Below are positions 16,801 to 25,611 of a DNA stretch of 27,887 nt, in pieces. A program made the translations under genes and the position numbers. The stretch is taken from IMG/VR virus record IMGVR_UViG_3300017903_000590, positions 1-27,887 of that record; one strand, written 5' to 3'. The stretch is from a virus (taxonomy: Duplodnaviria > Caudoviricetes). The first letter of the stretch is position 1, and every line of letters starts with the position of its first letter. The notes beneath the pieces were generated by a model. That model saw only the letters and a program-made list of their open reading frames with translations, ran no database searches and was not told the DNA's origin.

Positions 16801-17445
16801 ATGAAACAAATAGTAGCTCTTGTACGAGTAAGTACCGATAAGCAAGATGTAAACAATCAAAAGTTTGCAATCGAAAAAAAATATCCTAATCAAGAAATCA
16901 TTTGGTTTGAAGAACCTGGTGTATCTGGTGCAAAGAAATTTCAGAATAGACCGGTGTTACAGGATGCAATCAAAACAGCTAAGAGAATGAGATGTCCGTT
17001 AGTTGTGTATTCATTATCTAGACTTGGTAGAACTTACGAGGTTGGCCAGTTCTTAGAAGATACAAACTTACAAGTTGATGCATTGGATACTCCAAACTTA
17101 GATGATGCAATCGCTGGGTTCCATGTAGCTATCAATAGATTAGAAAGAATTAATATCTCTAATCGTACCAAGGCAGCATTACAAAGAAAAAAAGCTGAAG
17201 GTAAATTGTTAGGCAACAGAACTAACTTAGATGAAGTTAGAGTTAGAGGTCATGAAACTTCTAAAGCTAACGCAAACCAATACGCAAAAAATATTTCAGA
17301 AATTATTTCTGGCATCAAAGCTACAGGCATAACTACATTGTCTGGTTTAGCTAATGCCTTGAATGATCGTGGTGTCAAAACTTACCAGGACAAAGTTTGG
17401 TATCCGACAACAGTTAAGAATGTCCTAGAAAGAGTGGGAGTATAA
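16801..17445 (+). CDS. Serine recombinase (resolvase domain plus short C-terminal recombinase DNA-binding domain)
   Basis: RVST catalytic motif, GVSG...RP.L, SRLGR, ER..IS.RTKAAL...G..LG, LANALNDRG...WYPTTV; probable start 16801 behind GAAAGGA. Confidence 0.92.
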   Translation: MKQIVALVRVSTDKQDVNNQKFAIEKKYPNQEIIWFEEPGVSGAKKFQNRPVLQDAIKTAKRMRCPLVVYSLSRLGRTYEVGQFLEDTNLQVDALDTPNLDDAIAGFHVAINRLERINISNRTKAALQRKKAEGKLLGNRTNLDEVRVRGHETSKANANQYAKNISEIISGIKATGITTLSGLANALNDRGVKTYQDKVWYPTTVKNVLERVGV

Positions 17446-17636
17446 TGAAAAGACAAACAATTAAAGTCAGAGCAGAAAGAGCTCTTGAGTATGCTAAGTC
17501 TAAATTTAAACATTGGGAAGATAAAGAGTGGGATGCCAATGATGGTACATCACAATGTACTAATGAAGATGGAATTTATTTTCATGCACAATGTGAAATT
17601 TTAGATGAATTAATTAACACAGAAAGGAGTAGATAA
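17445..17636 (+). CDS. Hypothetical protein
   Basis: 63 aa, TAATG-coupled, GGGAG SD. Confidence 0.65.
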   Translation: MKRQTIKVRAERALEYAKSKFKHWEDKEWDANDGTSQCTNEDGIYFHAQCEILDELINTERSR

Positions 17637-17637
17637 T

Positions 17638-17865
17638 ATGTGGTCTCAAATTGTTCATGTTATCAAGAACCAAATAATGACTAAAGTGAATACAGAAGAT
17701 AAACAATATGTTTACAAGGAACAATTCAATATGAGAGAGTTCTTTAAAATGATCCTGGAGGGATTTGTTTTTATCCTATTCATGATTGTGTTATTCGCAG
17801 CAGTCGGTGTCTCATGTCTAATGATAGATAGATGTTATTATTTTTATGTACCAGGAGGATTTTAA
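17638..17865 (+). CDS. Hypothetical membrane protein
   Basis: 75 aa with one hydrophobic helix; AAGGAG SD. Confidence 0.6.
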   Translation: MWSQIVHVIKNQIMTKVNTEDKQYVYKEQFNMREFFKMILEGFVFILFMIVLFAAVGVSCLMIDRCYYFYVPGGF

Positions 17866-17866
17866 T

Positions 17867-18847
17867 ATGAAAGATAGTGGAAGAAAAACTTCTTTAGCAA
17901 GAAAAGAATTAGGTGCTAGTGTTATCGGTTCGCTGATACCTGGCATAAAAGGTTTCATTACTCCAAACGATGTAATGAAGAATGCTCTTAATGAGCATGA
18001 AGGAAAGGAGGCTATCAATGACATAGCTAACAATCCGAAAGTTATTGCTGGTAAGGCATTGGAACCAGCTATAACGCAAATGTTTGTCGATGAATTACAA
18101 ATCCTCGCAGATAATCAAAGGGCCAAATTTAAAATCTCTGTTCCGGAGAAGGCCAACTTGTATTCATTAGACAACGGAAAGCTAGGCAGCTCTCTGGATA
18201 ATCTTTTAACTATTAACAATGGTAGTCTATTAATTACTGACCACACTAATACAGAGAATGTTCTAAGCAAAAGTGGTCCAGTAGAGATTAAGAATTATTC
18301 TGGAGCTGCTAGTGATCCTGTAAATCCATTATACATTTATCAGTTACAACAACAGATGTTATGTACCGGGAGTACCTGGGGTATCATTGTTAGATTGGTA
18401 AAAGGTTGGGAACTACAATACTTTGTCTATCAAAGAAATACTGAGATGTGTAATGACATCATTAATGCAGCAACAGATTTCTGGAATAGATTTGATGGAA
18501 TACTAGAAGGTAAAGACTATTGGTATCCACCAGAAAATACTAAAGAGGCATCAGATATATTTAAAGGTAATGGAGTTAAAGAACCAGTTAACCTGGATGG
18601 TAACAATATGTTGTCTCAACTGATTGATGATTTTATGAAAGCAAGTGAAGATGAGAAGAGAGCCAAAGAAGAAAAAGATGAGGCCTCAAAAGCTATCAAG
18701 TCTATCATGAAAGAACATGAAGTAGTATCTTTTAATGGGTATGTAATTAGTCATACAACAATGACTAGGAAAAAAACTAAAATGGTAGAAGTACCAGGTG
18801 CTGATCCTATAGTAATGAGGAGGTTCAGCATAAAGGATGCAAGATGA
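17867..18847 (+). CDS. YqaJ / lambda-exonuclease family protein
   Basis: LGAS, GKALEP, SSLD, EIKN and YQLQQQMLCTG motifs; probable start MKDSGRK behind AGGAGG. Confidence 0.85.
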   Translation: MKDSGRKTSLARKELGASVIGSLIPGIKGFITPNDVMKNALNEHEGKEAINDIANNPKVIAGKALEPAITQMFVDELQILADNQRAKFKISVPEKANLYSLDNGKLGSSLDNLLTINNGSLLITDHTNTENVLSKSGPVEIKNYSGAASDPVNPLYIYQLQQQMLCTGSTWGIIVRLVKGWELQYFVYQRNTEMCNDIINAATDFWNRFDGILEGKDYWYPPENTKEASDIFKGNGVKEPVNLDGNNMLSQLIDDFMKASEDEKRAKEEKDEASKAIKSIMKEHEVVSFNGYVISHTTMTRKKTKMVEVPGADPIVMRRFSIKDAR

Positions 18848-19112
18848 TAATCAATTCCAATGGTTCAATGCTTATATCACAGCTCGTAAGTACACAGCTA
18901 AAATGCTGCGTGAAAAAATCTTACAAAAGACTGGTTACGATATTGAGCAAGAGATCCTGGAAGAAATTATCGAAGTCATGGGCCAAACAGCTTATGAGTT
19001 TATGCGATTACAACAACAAGTGTTTACAATTAATGTCGTAAAGGAGGACAAAATAAATGACACAGAAAAAACAGACGGAGAAGATGATGACGAAGGACCA
19101 AACTACCACTAA
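18837..19112 (+). CDS. Hypothetical protein with acidic tail
   Basis: 91 aa ORF between the exonuclease and ERF genes. Confidence 0.6.
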   Translation: MQDDNQFQWFNAYITARKYTAKMLREKILQKTGYDIEQEILEEIIEVMGQTAYEFMRLQQQVFTINVVKEDKINDTEKTDGEDDDEGPNYH

Positions 19113-19755
19113 CATTTATACAAAGATGCATAGTGTTATGGCTAATGCTGGTTATGTACAAAAAGAAAAAAGTAAGGGTATGCCTTACACATTTGCAAGT
19201 CACAATGCAATTACAGAAGTAGTAAGTAAGGAACTAATAAGAGTTGGTTTAGTTATCTTACCTTTTGTAAAAGAACATATGCACGATGGCAATCAACACA
19301 AGGTAGTCATGGCTGCTAAGATAATAGACATCGAAACAAAAGAAGAAATTGTTGTCGGTGATTTCCCAGGGATTGGTAATGATAACCAGGACAAAGGTTA
19401 TGGTAAGGCAATCTCTTACGCATACAAATATATCTTACAAAAATTATTTATGTTGGATATTGGAGATGATGAGGAACCAGATCATAACAATGTACCTACA
19501 GAGACAGCAGATCAAAAAAGAAAAATGACTGTGTGGGTTAACACCATGAAACAATCTGTCAACAGAACACTTGAAGATAAAGAGATGACTGATGCAGAAA
19601 AAATTCATGACTTGATTGCACTTGAAAAAGAAAACAAAGCTGCACTTGAGAAGTTAATGGAGCTAGACAAAGGTCAATGGGATATGCTCATGAACTTTAT
19701 TGTTGAGGCTAAGAACAAATTAGGAGGCAAGGATGAGCAATCTAATGCTGACTAA
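19057..19755 (+). CDS. erf: ERF-family ssDNA annealing protein
   Basis: DKGYGKAISYAYKYILQKLF...DDEEPD ERF motif; paired with the YqaJ exonuclease. Confidence 0.85.
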   Translation: MTQKKQTEKMMTKDQTTTNIYTKMHSVMANAGYVQKEKSKGMPYTFASHNAITEVVSKELIRVGLVILPFVKEHMHDGNQHKVVMAAKIIDIETKEEIVVGDFPGIGNDNQDKGYGKAISYAYKYILQKLFMLDIGDDEEPDHNNVPTETADQKRKMTVWVNTMKQSVNRTLEDKEMTDAEKIHDLIALEKENKAALEKLMELDKGQWDMLMNFIVEAKNKLGGKDEQSNAD

Positions 19756-19948
19756 GAAACAGTTAAGGTTGTACGACTACATCAATAAACATATTGAGAA
19801 AGAGAGAGTACCACCTACTGTAAGAGAGATAGCTAGAGAGTTCGGTTGTGTTCATAGTAATGTACACCGAATGCTGAAGCTATTAGAAAGGGATGGATAT
19901 ATCAAAGTCCATCCAGCTAGACCAAGAGGAATAGAGGTAATAAGGTAA
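19733..19948 (+). CDS. Protein containing only the LexA DNA-binding domain
   Basis: LTKKQ...PPTVREIA..FG...NVHRMLKLLERDGYI...RGIEV; no peptidase domain. Confidence 0.88.
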   Translation: MSNLMLTKKQLRLYDYINKHIEKERVPPTVREIAREFGCVHSNVHRMLKLLERDGYIKVHPARPRGIEVIR

Positions 19949-19949
19949 T

Positions 19950-20234
19950 ATGGCTACTGTCTTTAAATCTAGGTTCAGTAAATGGTTTATAAAAGAATTG
20001 ATTAAGGCATTTGATGGGGAGCATGATGTTGTTGTGATTGCAGTTGATGAGCACGATGACCAGGGCCACCCCCATCAAAAGTTTTATTCAGCCGATGATA
20101 TTGATTTAGAGGTCATGCATAAGACAGCTACAATTAATATTAGACCATACGAAGAATACTGGATTGAGAAACATAAAGATAAATTAGAGATTGAGTTGTT
20201 GAAGAAACCGACAGAAAATTCTACTGGCAACTAA
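19950..20234 (+). CDS. Hypothetical protein
   Basis: 94 aa, coupled within the operon. Confidence 0.65.
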   Translation: MATVFKSRFSKWFIKELIKAFDGEHDVVVIAVDEHDDQGHPHQKFYSADDIDLEVMHKTATINIRPYEEYWIEKHKDKLEIELLKKPTENSTGN

Positions 20235-20461
20235 TGAAACTATTTATCATTGTATTATACCTGGGTATGGGCCCGGATCTGATGTTCATGCATCCAGTCC
20301 AGGTAACAGAAGAGCAATGCGAAGATCCTCATGCTCACAATTTATTTGAGCACAAGATTATAAATGATGGAGATGCACAACTCCACAGATATTTTTATAA
20401 AGATTATGTAGTATTCGGCAGCTATTGTGCTGGTTTACTAGGTGCAATAGAGAACAAATAA
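20234..20461 (+). CDS. Hypothetical protein with hydrophobic N-terminus and two Cys
   Basis: 75 aa, TAATG-coupled; last gene of the plus arm. Confidence 0.6.
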   Translation: MKLFIIVLYLGMGPDLMFMHPVQVTEEQCEDPHAHNLFEHKIINDGDAQLHRYFYKDYVVFGSYCAGLLGAIENK

Positions 20462-20532
20462 GACACTTTCCGTTTAAATCCAATATAAGGACCATACAGA
20501 GGCATTAATTATTTGATGACAGATGTATCGGA

Positions 20533-20844
20533 TTAACCTTTAATCATAGCTCTATGAGCTTCTCTGATGGCTTTTTGTGAGTGTTTATCAAAGACTTCTA
20601 TTGGATATGCATTTCTATCTCCGAAACCAGGATCTGGATCTAATGAGTAGGATGCAAAGGTACGAACATACTCTCTTCCTCCCTCTTCAAAGATGTCATA
20701 CAAGTACCCCTCAGTAATTATGTTAGCACATTTTAGTTTATCAAATTCAGTATTGCCTTCTAATGTAGATGTACCTACAATATCTACCCACTTTAATTTT
20801 AGAAAAAAATATTTTTGGCCATCAATAGTTATTGACTTCTTCAT
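20533..20844 (-). CDS. Conserved-type phage hypothetical protein
   Basis: 103 aa; W.DI...C...TEGYL...FASYS...GDRN.YP pattern; ATGA-coupled. Confidence 0.7.
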   Translation of the reverse strand: MKKSITIDGQKYFFLKLKWVDIVGTSTLEGNTEFDKLKCANIITEGYLYDIFEEGGREYVRTFASYSLDPDPGFGDRNAYPIEVFDKHSQKAIREAHRAMIKG

Positions 20845-20966
20845 CTACCCTGGCCCCGGTATACTTTCCTATCGTCTCTTTTGTTTAATCTTTTCTTGTG
20901 TCTCCACTTTCTTTTTTGTCTAACTCTTTCTCTATTGTTTAAACCTATAACAGCATTCTTGGCCAT
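20841..20966 (-). CDS. 41-aa Arg/Lys-rich microprotein ending YRGQGR (not in ORF track)
   Basis: MAKNAVIGLNNRERVRQKRKWRHKKRLNKRDDRKVYRGQGR; TAATG and ATGA coupling on either side. Confidence 0.8.
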   Translation of the reverse strand: MAKNAVIGLNNRERVRQKRKWRHKKRLNKRDDRKVYRGQGR

Positions 20967-21676
20967 TAAACTAATTCTCCAGTCCACCTACCATTGTCAT
21001 TAAGTTGCATAGGATACAACACCGGCTGCCCATTGATAATAGCTCCAGTAGAAATAATAAATCTCATCTTAAAATTACGAGCATACTGAAATGCCAGGCT
21101 AGATTGTTTTGTAAGACATCCCACCTGGAGTGACCACACTAACTGTGATGGATTACTAAAATAATTTATAGCTGCTTTTGAATGAAAGTGTCCTTGGATT
21201 GTGTGGCAGCCCATCTGCATAGAAAGTTTTAAACCATCTGCTGCCATGCCATGCGTAGCAAATACTTTGGAACCATCTGATAATTTAAATGTTAAGTCAT
21301 CTACCCATTTCCATCCTGGTCCAACTTGTAAGAACTCATTGTAGTTTCTAAGATATGCTCTAGGCATTCCATGTTTGAGAGCTCTTCTATATATTAATGA
21401 TGAGTGATTAGAATGTAGGAGTGTCATTTCTGGAAATATTTTTTCCAGTTCATGCATAACTTCTCTAGCTAGTTTTAATTCATCACCGGCTGATGGTAGG
21501 TCCGGATCACTATCATGCATTGATAATGCGTGGGCATCACATTCATCTCCCACATTCAAAATAAATTCTGGTTTGATTTCTTTCTTGATTGCTTTTAAAA
21601 ATTCTAATGCATCGGGATGCTGCCATGGTGCGTGTAAATCAGATATTACCAGGACACTAGAATAACCTTTAGCCAT
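20966..21676 (-). CDS. Calcineurin-like metallophosphoesterase
   Basis: SDLH, GDECD, SNH, THG and GHFH metal-binding motifs. Confidence 0.9.
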   Translation of the reverse strand: MAKGYSSVLVISDLHAPWQHPDALEFLKAIKKEIKPEFILNVGDECDAHALSMHDSDPDLPSAGDELKLAREVMHELEKIFPEMTLLHSNHSSLIYRRALKHGMPRAYLRNYNEFLQVGPGWKWVDDLTFKLSDGSKVFATHGMAADGLKLSMQMGCHTIQGHFHSKAAINYFSNPSQLVWSLQVGCLTKQSSLAFQYARNFKMRFIISTGAIINGQPVLYPMQLNDNGRWTGELV

Positions 21677-22085
21677 AAAATTCGTCTTTAACCCATTGGC
21701 CTACATCGAACCCTGGACAATTTGGTTTGTTAGGTTCAACATCACAATGACCAATAATTTTCAAATCATCTCCATACATATCTTTAGTTGTATTAATTAA
21801 ATTATGCAATGTTATAAATTGTGCATCTGTAAAGTTGTCGCCCCTACCGACAAGACAAACTCCAACTGAGTTTCCATTAACTGCAACTGCGTGAGCTCCT
21901 TGCATTCTTAAATCTCTTCCAGGTTCTAACTTACCAGATCGAGTAATCACCCAATGGTATCCAATGTCATCCCATCCTCTTTCTTCTGTATGCCATTTAC
22001 GAATTGTCTCTGCACCTATATCCATATCTGCTGGTGTATCTGCACAATGTATTACTAATGTATCTGTTGATTGTCTCTCTCTCAT
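21669..22085 (-). CDS. Endolysin, N-acetylmuramoyl-L-alanine amidase (T7 lysozyme-like)
   Basis: VIHC, WH..RGWDDIGYH, GAH, GH.D...K.CPGF Zn-amidase motifs. Confidence 0.95.
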   Translation of the reverse strand: MRERQSTDTLVIHCADTPADMDIGAETIRKWHTEERGWDDIGYHWVITRSGKLEPGRDLRMQGAHAVAVNGNSVGVCLVGRGDNFTDAQFITLHNLINTTKDMYGDDLKIIGHCDVEPNKPNCPGFDVGQWVKDEFYG

Positions 22086-22087
22086 GT

Positions 22088-22330
22088 TTATCCTTTCGAC
22101 ATTATTATTTTATTAATGTGTTCTTTTCCTGTTTGATCTGTTTCTATTAGAGCTTCTACTTCACCACAAACAAATCTAATTCTTTCTGGGTTTACATTCC
22201 TCTCAGCTTTTCTTTTCATCTCCAAACATTTACCATATCCTTCTTCTACATATAAATGTTCTTCCGGATATTCACCAGATGATGCTGTGAACATACACAA
22301 AGCTATTACTATTTTAGTGACCATTTCCAT
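22088..22330 (-). CDS. Hypothetical exported protein (possible outer spanin component)
   Basis: N-terminal hydrophobic stretch containing Cys, two further Cys; overlaps the upstream TM/coiled-coil gene. Confidence 0.55.
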   Translation of the reverse strand: MEMVTKIVIALCMFTASSGEYPEEHLYVEEGYGKCLEMKRKAERNVNPERIRFVCGEVEALIETDQTGKEHINKIIMSKG

Positions 22331-22724
22331 TTGTATATTTTATTTCTCTGTTACTATCTTTTAATTTTTCTACATCAACTAACAGTTTCTCAACTTGTTT
22401 CTGTAAAAATTCTATATTAACTTTGTTGGTCATGTTCATTTCTTGAGTAGCTTGTAGTTTTTCTACTTGTTTATATAGATCCTCGATTAACATGAACTGC
22501 TCACTATCGGCTGGAAGTGAACCCATCAATCCTCTAGGCCATTTAATTCTAAACTCTGTATTCTTTTCTAGATCGCTTTCCATAAGCTGCAATCTAGTAC
22601 CATGTGCGTTAAGAGTTTCTATGATTTGAAAGTAACTCATTGTGCCAATAGCTACGATAGCTATCAATGACAAAACTGTTTTCATTGGCATTGAAACTTG
22701 AGTTTTATCTGGATCTATTTTCAT
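22314..22724 (-). CDS. Membrane-anchored coiled-coil protein (possible inner spanin)
   Basis: N-terminal TM (VLSLIAIVAIGTMSYF) followed by heptad repeats; lies between holin and endolysin. Confidence 0.6.
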   Translation of the reverse strand: MKIDPDKTQVSMPMKTVLSLIAIVAIGTMSYFQIIETLNAHGTRLQLMESDLEKNTEFRIKWPRGLMGSLPADSEQFMLIEDLYKQVEKLQATQEMNMTNKVNIEFLQKQVEKLLVDVEKLKDSNREIKYTNGNGH

Positions 22725-22725
22725 C

Positions 22726-23139
22726 TTACTTCTTGTTGTTTATATTTTTTAACTTGTCAAATGATCTGGCTCCTGTAAGGCCGAGTAATGAAAATAAAAC
22801 AGTCATCAATGTTGAACTGTCCAGGGTAGGTAAATTAATCACTGTACCATTTAATGCACAGTACCAGTTAGTGATTGGTATGACTAAGAATTGAAATGCG
22901 AATGCTAGGACACACACCCATGCAAGTGTAGGTCTCCACAATCTTTGTATCCAGGACAGAGCTCCAGTAGCCTGGGCATCTGCTCTATTTATTTTTGCTT
23001 GTTCTTTATCTACATCAACAAGAGCTTTAACTAATTCTTTTTCTAAATCTGCTTTGTGTTTTGCAACTTTGTTTTTATCTGGAACTAGGTCAACTGCTTT
23101 GTTTAGTATTGGTAGTAATGCTGTTAGTCCTTGTATCAT
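22726..23139 (-). CDS. Holin (3TM / GTA-type holin family)
   Basis: PDK...Q..IN..DA...WRPTLAWVC...LLGLTGARSFDK signature. Confidence 0.88.
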   Translation of the reverse strand: MIQGLTALLPILNKAVDLVPDKNKVAKHKADLEKELVKALVDVDKEQAKINRADAQATGALSWIQRLWRPTLAWVCVLAFAFQFLVIPITNWYCALNGTVINLPTLDSSTLMTVLFSLLGLTGARSFDKLKNINNKK

Positions 23140-23375
23140 ATACTTTGTCCTTTCAATTTAATTAGATCGTAATTAACACAATGAAATTTTACACCTTGTC
23201 CTGGATGTTTATTTATTTCATCTTTTAAATCGTCTACTACTTTGTAAGAAAATTCATTGCACGATTGATAACTATTGAACTTTATATCACTAGCAATCCT
23301 TACACATTGTAAGCTATTAGGATCGTTAACTTGTGTAAGTAAACAAAGAGTTCCTACTAGCATCCAGTACATCAA
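23136..23375 (-). CDS. Hypothetical exported Cys-containing protein
   Basis: 79 aa, hydrophobic N-terminus, four Cys. Confidence 0.6.
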   Translation of the reverse strand: MMYWMLVGTLCLLTQVNDPNSLQCVRIASDIKFNSYQSCNEFSYKVVDDLKDEINKHPGQGVKFHCVNYDLIKLKGQSI

Positions 23376-23617
23376 ATAATCTTTCCAATTTTCAAAACTC
23401 CTATAATAATTGAAACAACACCACCAATATAGAAGATCACTTTAAGACCACCTCTACCCATAGCTACTTGTTGTTTGAGTTGTGAGATGTCTTTGCTGTT
23501 TTGTTCTAAGTCTTTGTGAATGTGTTCTAACTTTTCATTAATATGTTGTAGGCTAATAGCAGTAACTGACTGTCTGGTTGTTGTTCTTTTTTTTTGTGTT
23601 ATTTTTTTTCTAGTCAT
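23372..23617 (-). CDS. Coiled-coil protein with C-terminal TM helix
   Basis: 81 aa; basic N-terminus, heptads, MGRGG then a TM helix; at the start of the lysis cassette. Confidence 0.7.
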   Translation of the reverse strand: MTRKKITQKKRTTTRQSVTAISLQHINEKLEHIHKDLEQNSKDISQLKQQVAMGRGGLKVIFYIGGVVSIIIGVLKIGKII

Positions 23618-23618
23618 A

Positions 23619-25226
23619 TTAGTAATTAATAACTATTACTCCATGATCACCATCTGTTGCGATAGCACCACCATCACCTAAACCACCTCTTTGAGAGGCA
23701 CTTGAATTTGCAACTGTTTGCCCAGAACCTTGATATAATGTTCCATTAGAAACTAGAGTTGGATGTTTGTAGCCAGAGCCACCTCCACCACCACCCATCA
23801 TGTCAGTAGCACCTCCGATATAACTACCACAGCCTCCTCCGTAGTAGCCTCCACCACCACCTCCACCATAGTTAGTGCTTGGATTTTTACCACCCTGTAA
23901 TGCACTACCTTCGGAAGCAGAATTTGTGTTACCAGCATTAGAACCCCCTCCGGTTTGCGAACCACCACCACCTCTAGCAGCCGTATCATAGGTACAGAAA
24001 CCATCTTGTCCGTCAGTACCACCACCAGCACCACCATTATTGTTAGTGCTATTAGTATTTCTAGCACCACCACCTCCACCACCTCCAGCGATTAGAAGTG
24101 AGTTTGCATGAGTGTATGAACCATTGAATATTCCCGATAGTCCACCACCACCCCCGGTGTATCTGTTGTCAGAAGTAGTATTATTTCCACCTCCACCCCC
24201 AAATGCGTCTCTAACTGTTGTGTTTTGATCGCTGTCTTGTCCAGCACCACCTTGACCAACAATCATAATAAGTGATGTAATGCCACTAACATCTATTGTT
24301 CCGACAGCAGAGCCACCTCCACCACCTGGAAAACCAGCCTGCCAACCACCAGCATTACCACCTCCACCTCCGGCACCCCACATATAAGCTGTAATTGATG
24401 TAAGACCTGTAGGTACTGAGAATGTTTGGTTTGAACCAGTATAAGAAAATGTTTGCGTTACTGGTGCTTTAACTGTAATTGAAAATGCTCTATCAGCCGT
24501 TTCAGAATTTGCTGTTGCTCTTAAAGTAAATGAAGAAGTTGTATCTGAACCAACAGCACTTGCTGTTCCTGTAATTGCACCAGTTGAACTGTTTAAAGAT
24601 AATCCAGTAGGTAGCGTACCAGATTGAACTGAATATGTTACTGTGTCACCATCTGAATCTGTTGCTGTTACAGATATAGATATACCACTTCTTGAGCTAT
24701 CATAAATAGTTGCTAAAGAACCACTAGCTGTACTCCAAACTGGACTATTATCTACATTAATTTGATTATCAAGTGTAGCTTCTAAGTTAGAAGGATTAGT
24801 AACAATAACATCATAAGGTTCATTAGCATTTGAAAAGCTAGACCTAGTTTTAGTCACAGTAATTTGCGTACTAGAATTTACTGTTGTTGTATCTGGTGTA
24901 ATTAATGTTCCACCATTATCTCTAAATTTAACAGTAGCACTATTATTAAATAATGAGCCACTAATTACAAAAGTTTGAGTACCACCCAAATCAGTTGCAA
25001 TATTTGTAACATCAATAGAGGTTATTATTGGTGGTGTATCAATAGCTTTAAATACTGTTCCAGTATAATATTCAGCTAATCCAGTTGTGGTATTAAATCT
25101 AATTTGACCAGTCGTGCTGCCTCGTTGAGCAGTTGTACCACTAGCAACTTTTGTACCCTCGGTACCAGTATCAGTTATGTTTACAAATCCTGTTCCTAAG
25201 TCTGCAATAGTTCTAGCTTTAGTCAT
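23619..25226 (-). CDS. Tail fibre / receptor-binding protein 2 (Ig-like plus Gly-rich domain)
   Basis: MTKARTIADL start, GTTAQRG..GQIRFN module, IPT/Ig-like and LPTGLSLN..TGAITG domains, WGAGGGGG Gly-rich C-terminal domain ending GVIVINY. Confidence 0.85.
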   Translation of the reverse strand: MTKARTIADLGTGFVNITDTGTEGTKVASGTTAQRGSTTGQIRFNTTTGLAEYYTGTVFKAIDTPPIITSIDVTNIATDLGGTQTFVISGSLFNNSATVKFRDNGGTLITPDTTTVNSSTQITVTKTRSSFSNANEPYDVIVTNPSNLEATLDNQINVDNSPVWSTASGSLATIYDSSRSGISISVTATDSDGDTVTYSVQSGTLPTGLSLNSSTGAITGTASAVGSDTTSSFTLRATANSETADRAFSITVKAPVTQTFSYTGSNQTFSVPTGLTSITAYMWGAGGGGGNAGGWQAGFPGGGGGSAVGTIDVSGITSLIMIVGQGGAGQDSDQNTTVRDAFGGGGGNNTTSDNRYTGGGGGLSGIFNGSYTHANSLLIAGGGGGGGARNTNSTNNNGGAGGGTDGQDGFCTYDTAARGGGGSQTGGGSNAGNTNSASEGSALQGGKNPSTNYGGGGGGGYYGGGCGSYIGGATDMMGGGGGGSGYKHPTLVSNGTLYQGSGQTVANSSASQRGGLGDGGAIATDGDHGVIVINY

Positions 25227-25611
25227 TTGTTACCTCCACCCATCCCTGGGTATTATCACTTTGATATAATTCTTCATCCCATACATATCTTCCATCTGGT
25301 TTTACAATAGGAGCTTCCCATAAACAAGTCGTTTCATTAAGTGTCCAAGATGCAAATGGTTGTGGTGAATAAAATGCATCTCTTGTTTGATCGTAAATAT
25401 ATCCGATACCAGCAAAGTTTTTTCTAAGAGCTTTTGATTGATCTGTACTAGGTGTGTTTGTATTAGGTTGGTAATGTGTTCCCCCTCTTGTATTGTACGA
25501 TGTTTGTATCCATTCACCTGGACTGTCATCAACAAAATTATTGAAAAATTCTGCTTCAGCAACAATCACTTTAATAACTTTTCCGTCTAATACTTTTGCA
25601 TAATGTGCCAT
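25219..25611 (-). CDS. Tail fibre-associated protein (possible chaperone)
   Basis: MAHYAKV...WIQTSYN...RKNFAGIGYIYD..RDAF..PQPF.SW.L....WEAP family, commonly next to Gly-rich fibres. Confidence 0.75.
   Translation of the reverse strand: MAHYAKVLDGKVIKVIVAEAEFFNNFVDDSPGEWIQTSYNTRGGTHYQPNTNTPSTDQSKALRKNFAGIGYIYDQTRDAFYSPQPFASWTLNETTCLWEAPIVKPDGRYVWDEELYQSDNTQGWVEVTND

Noticed and set aside
20462-20532. Convergent intergenic gap as attP, terminator or CtrA site
   Set aside because: No convincing hairpin, tRNA-like core or repeat shared with 16703-16800; only a one-mismatch TTAA-N7-ATAA, which is expected by chance in AT-rich DNA.
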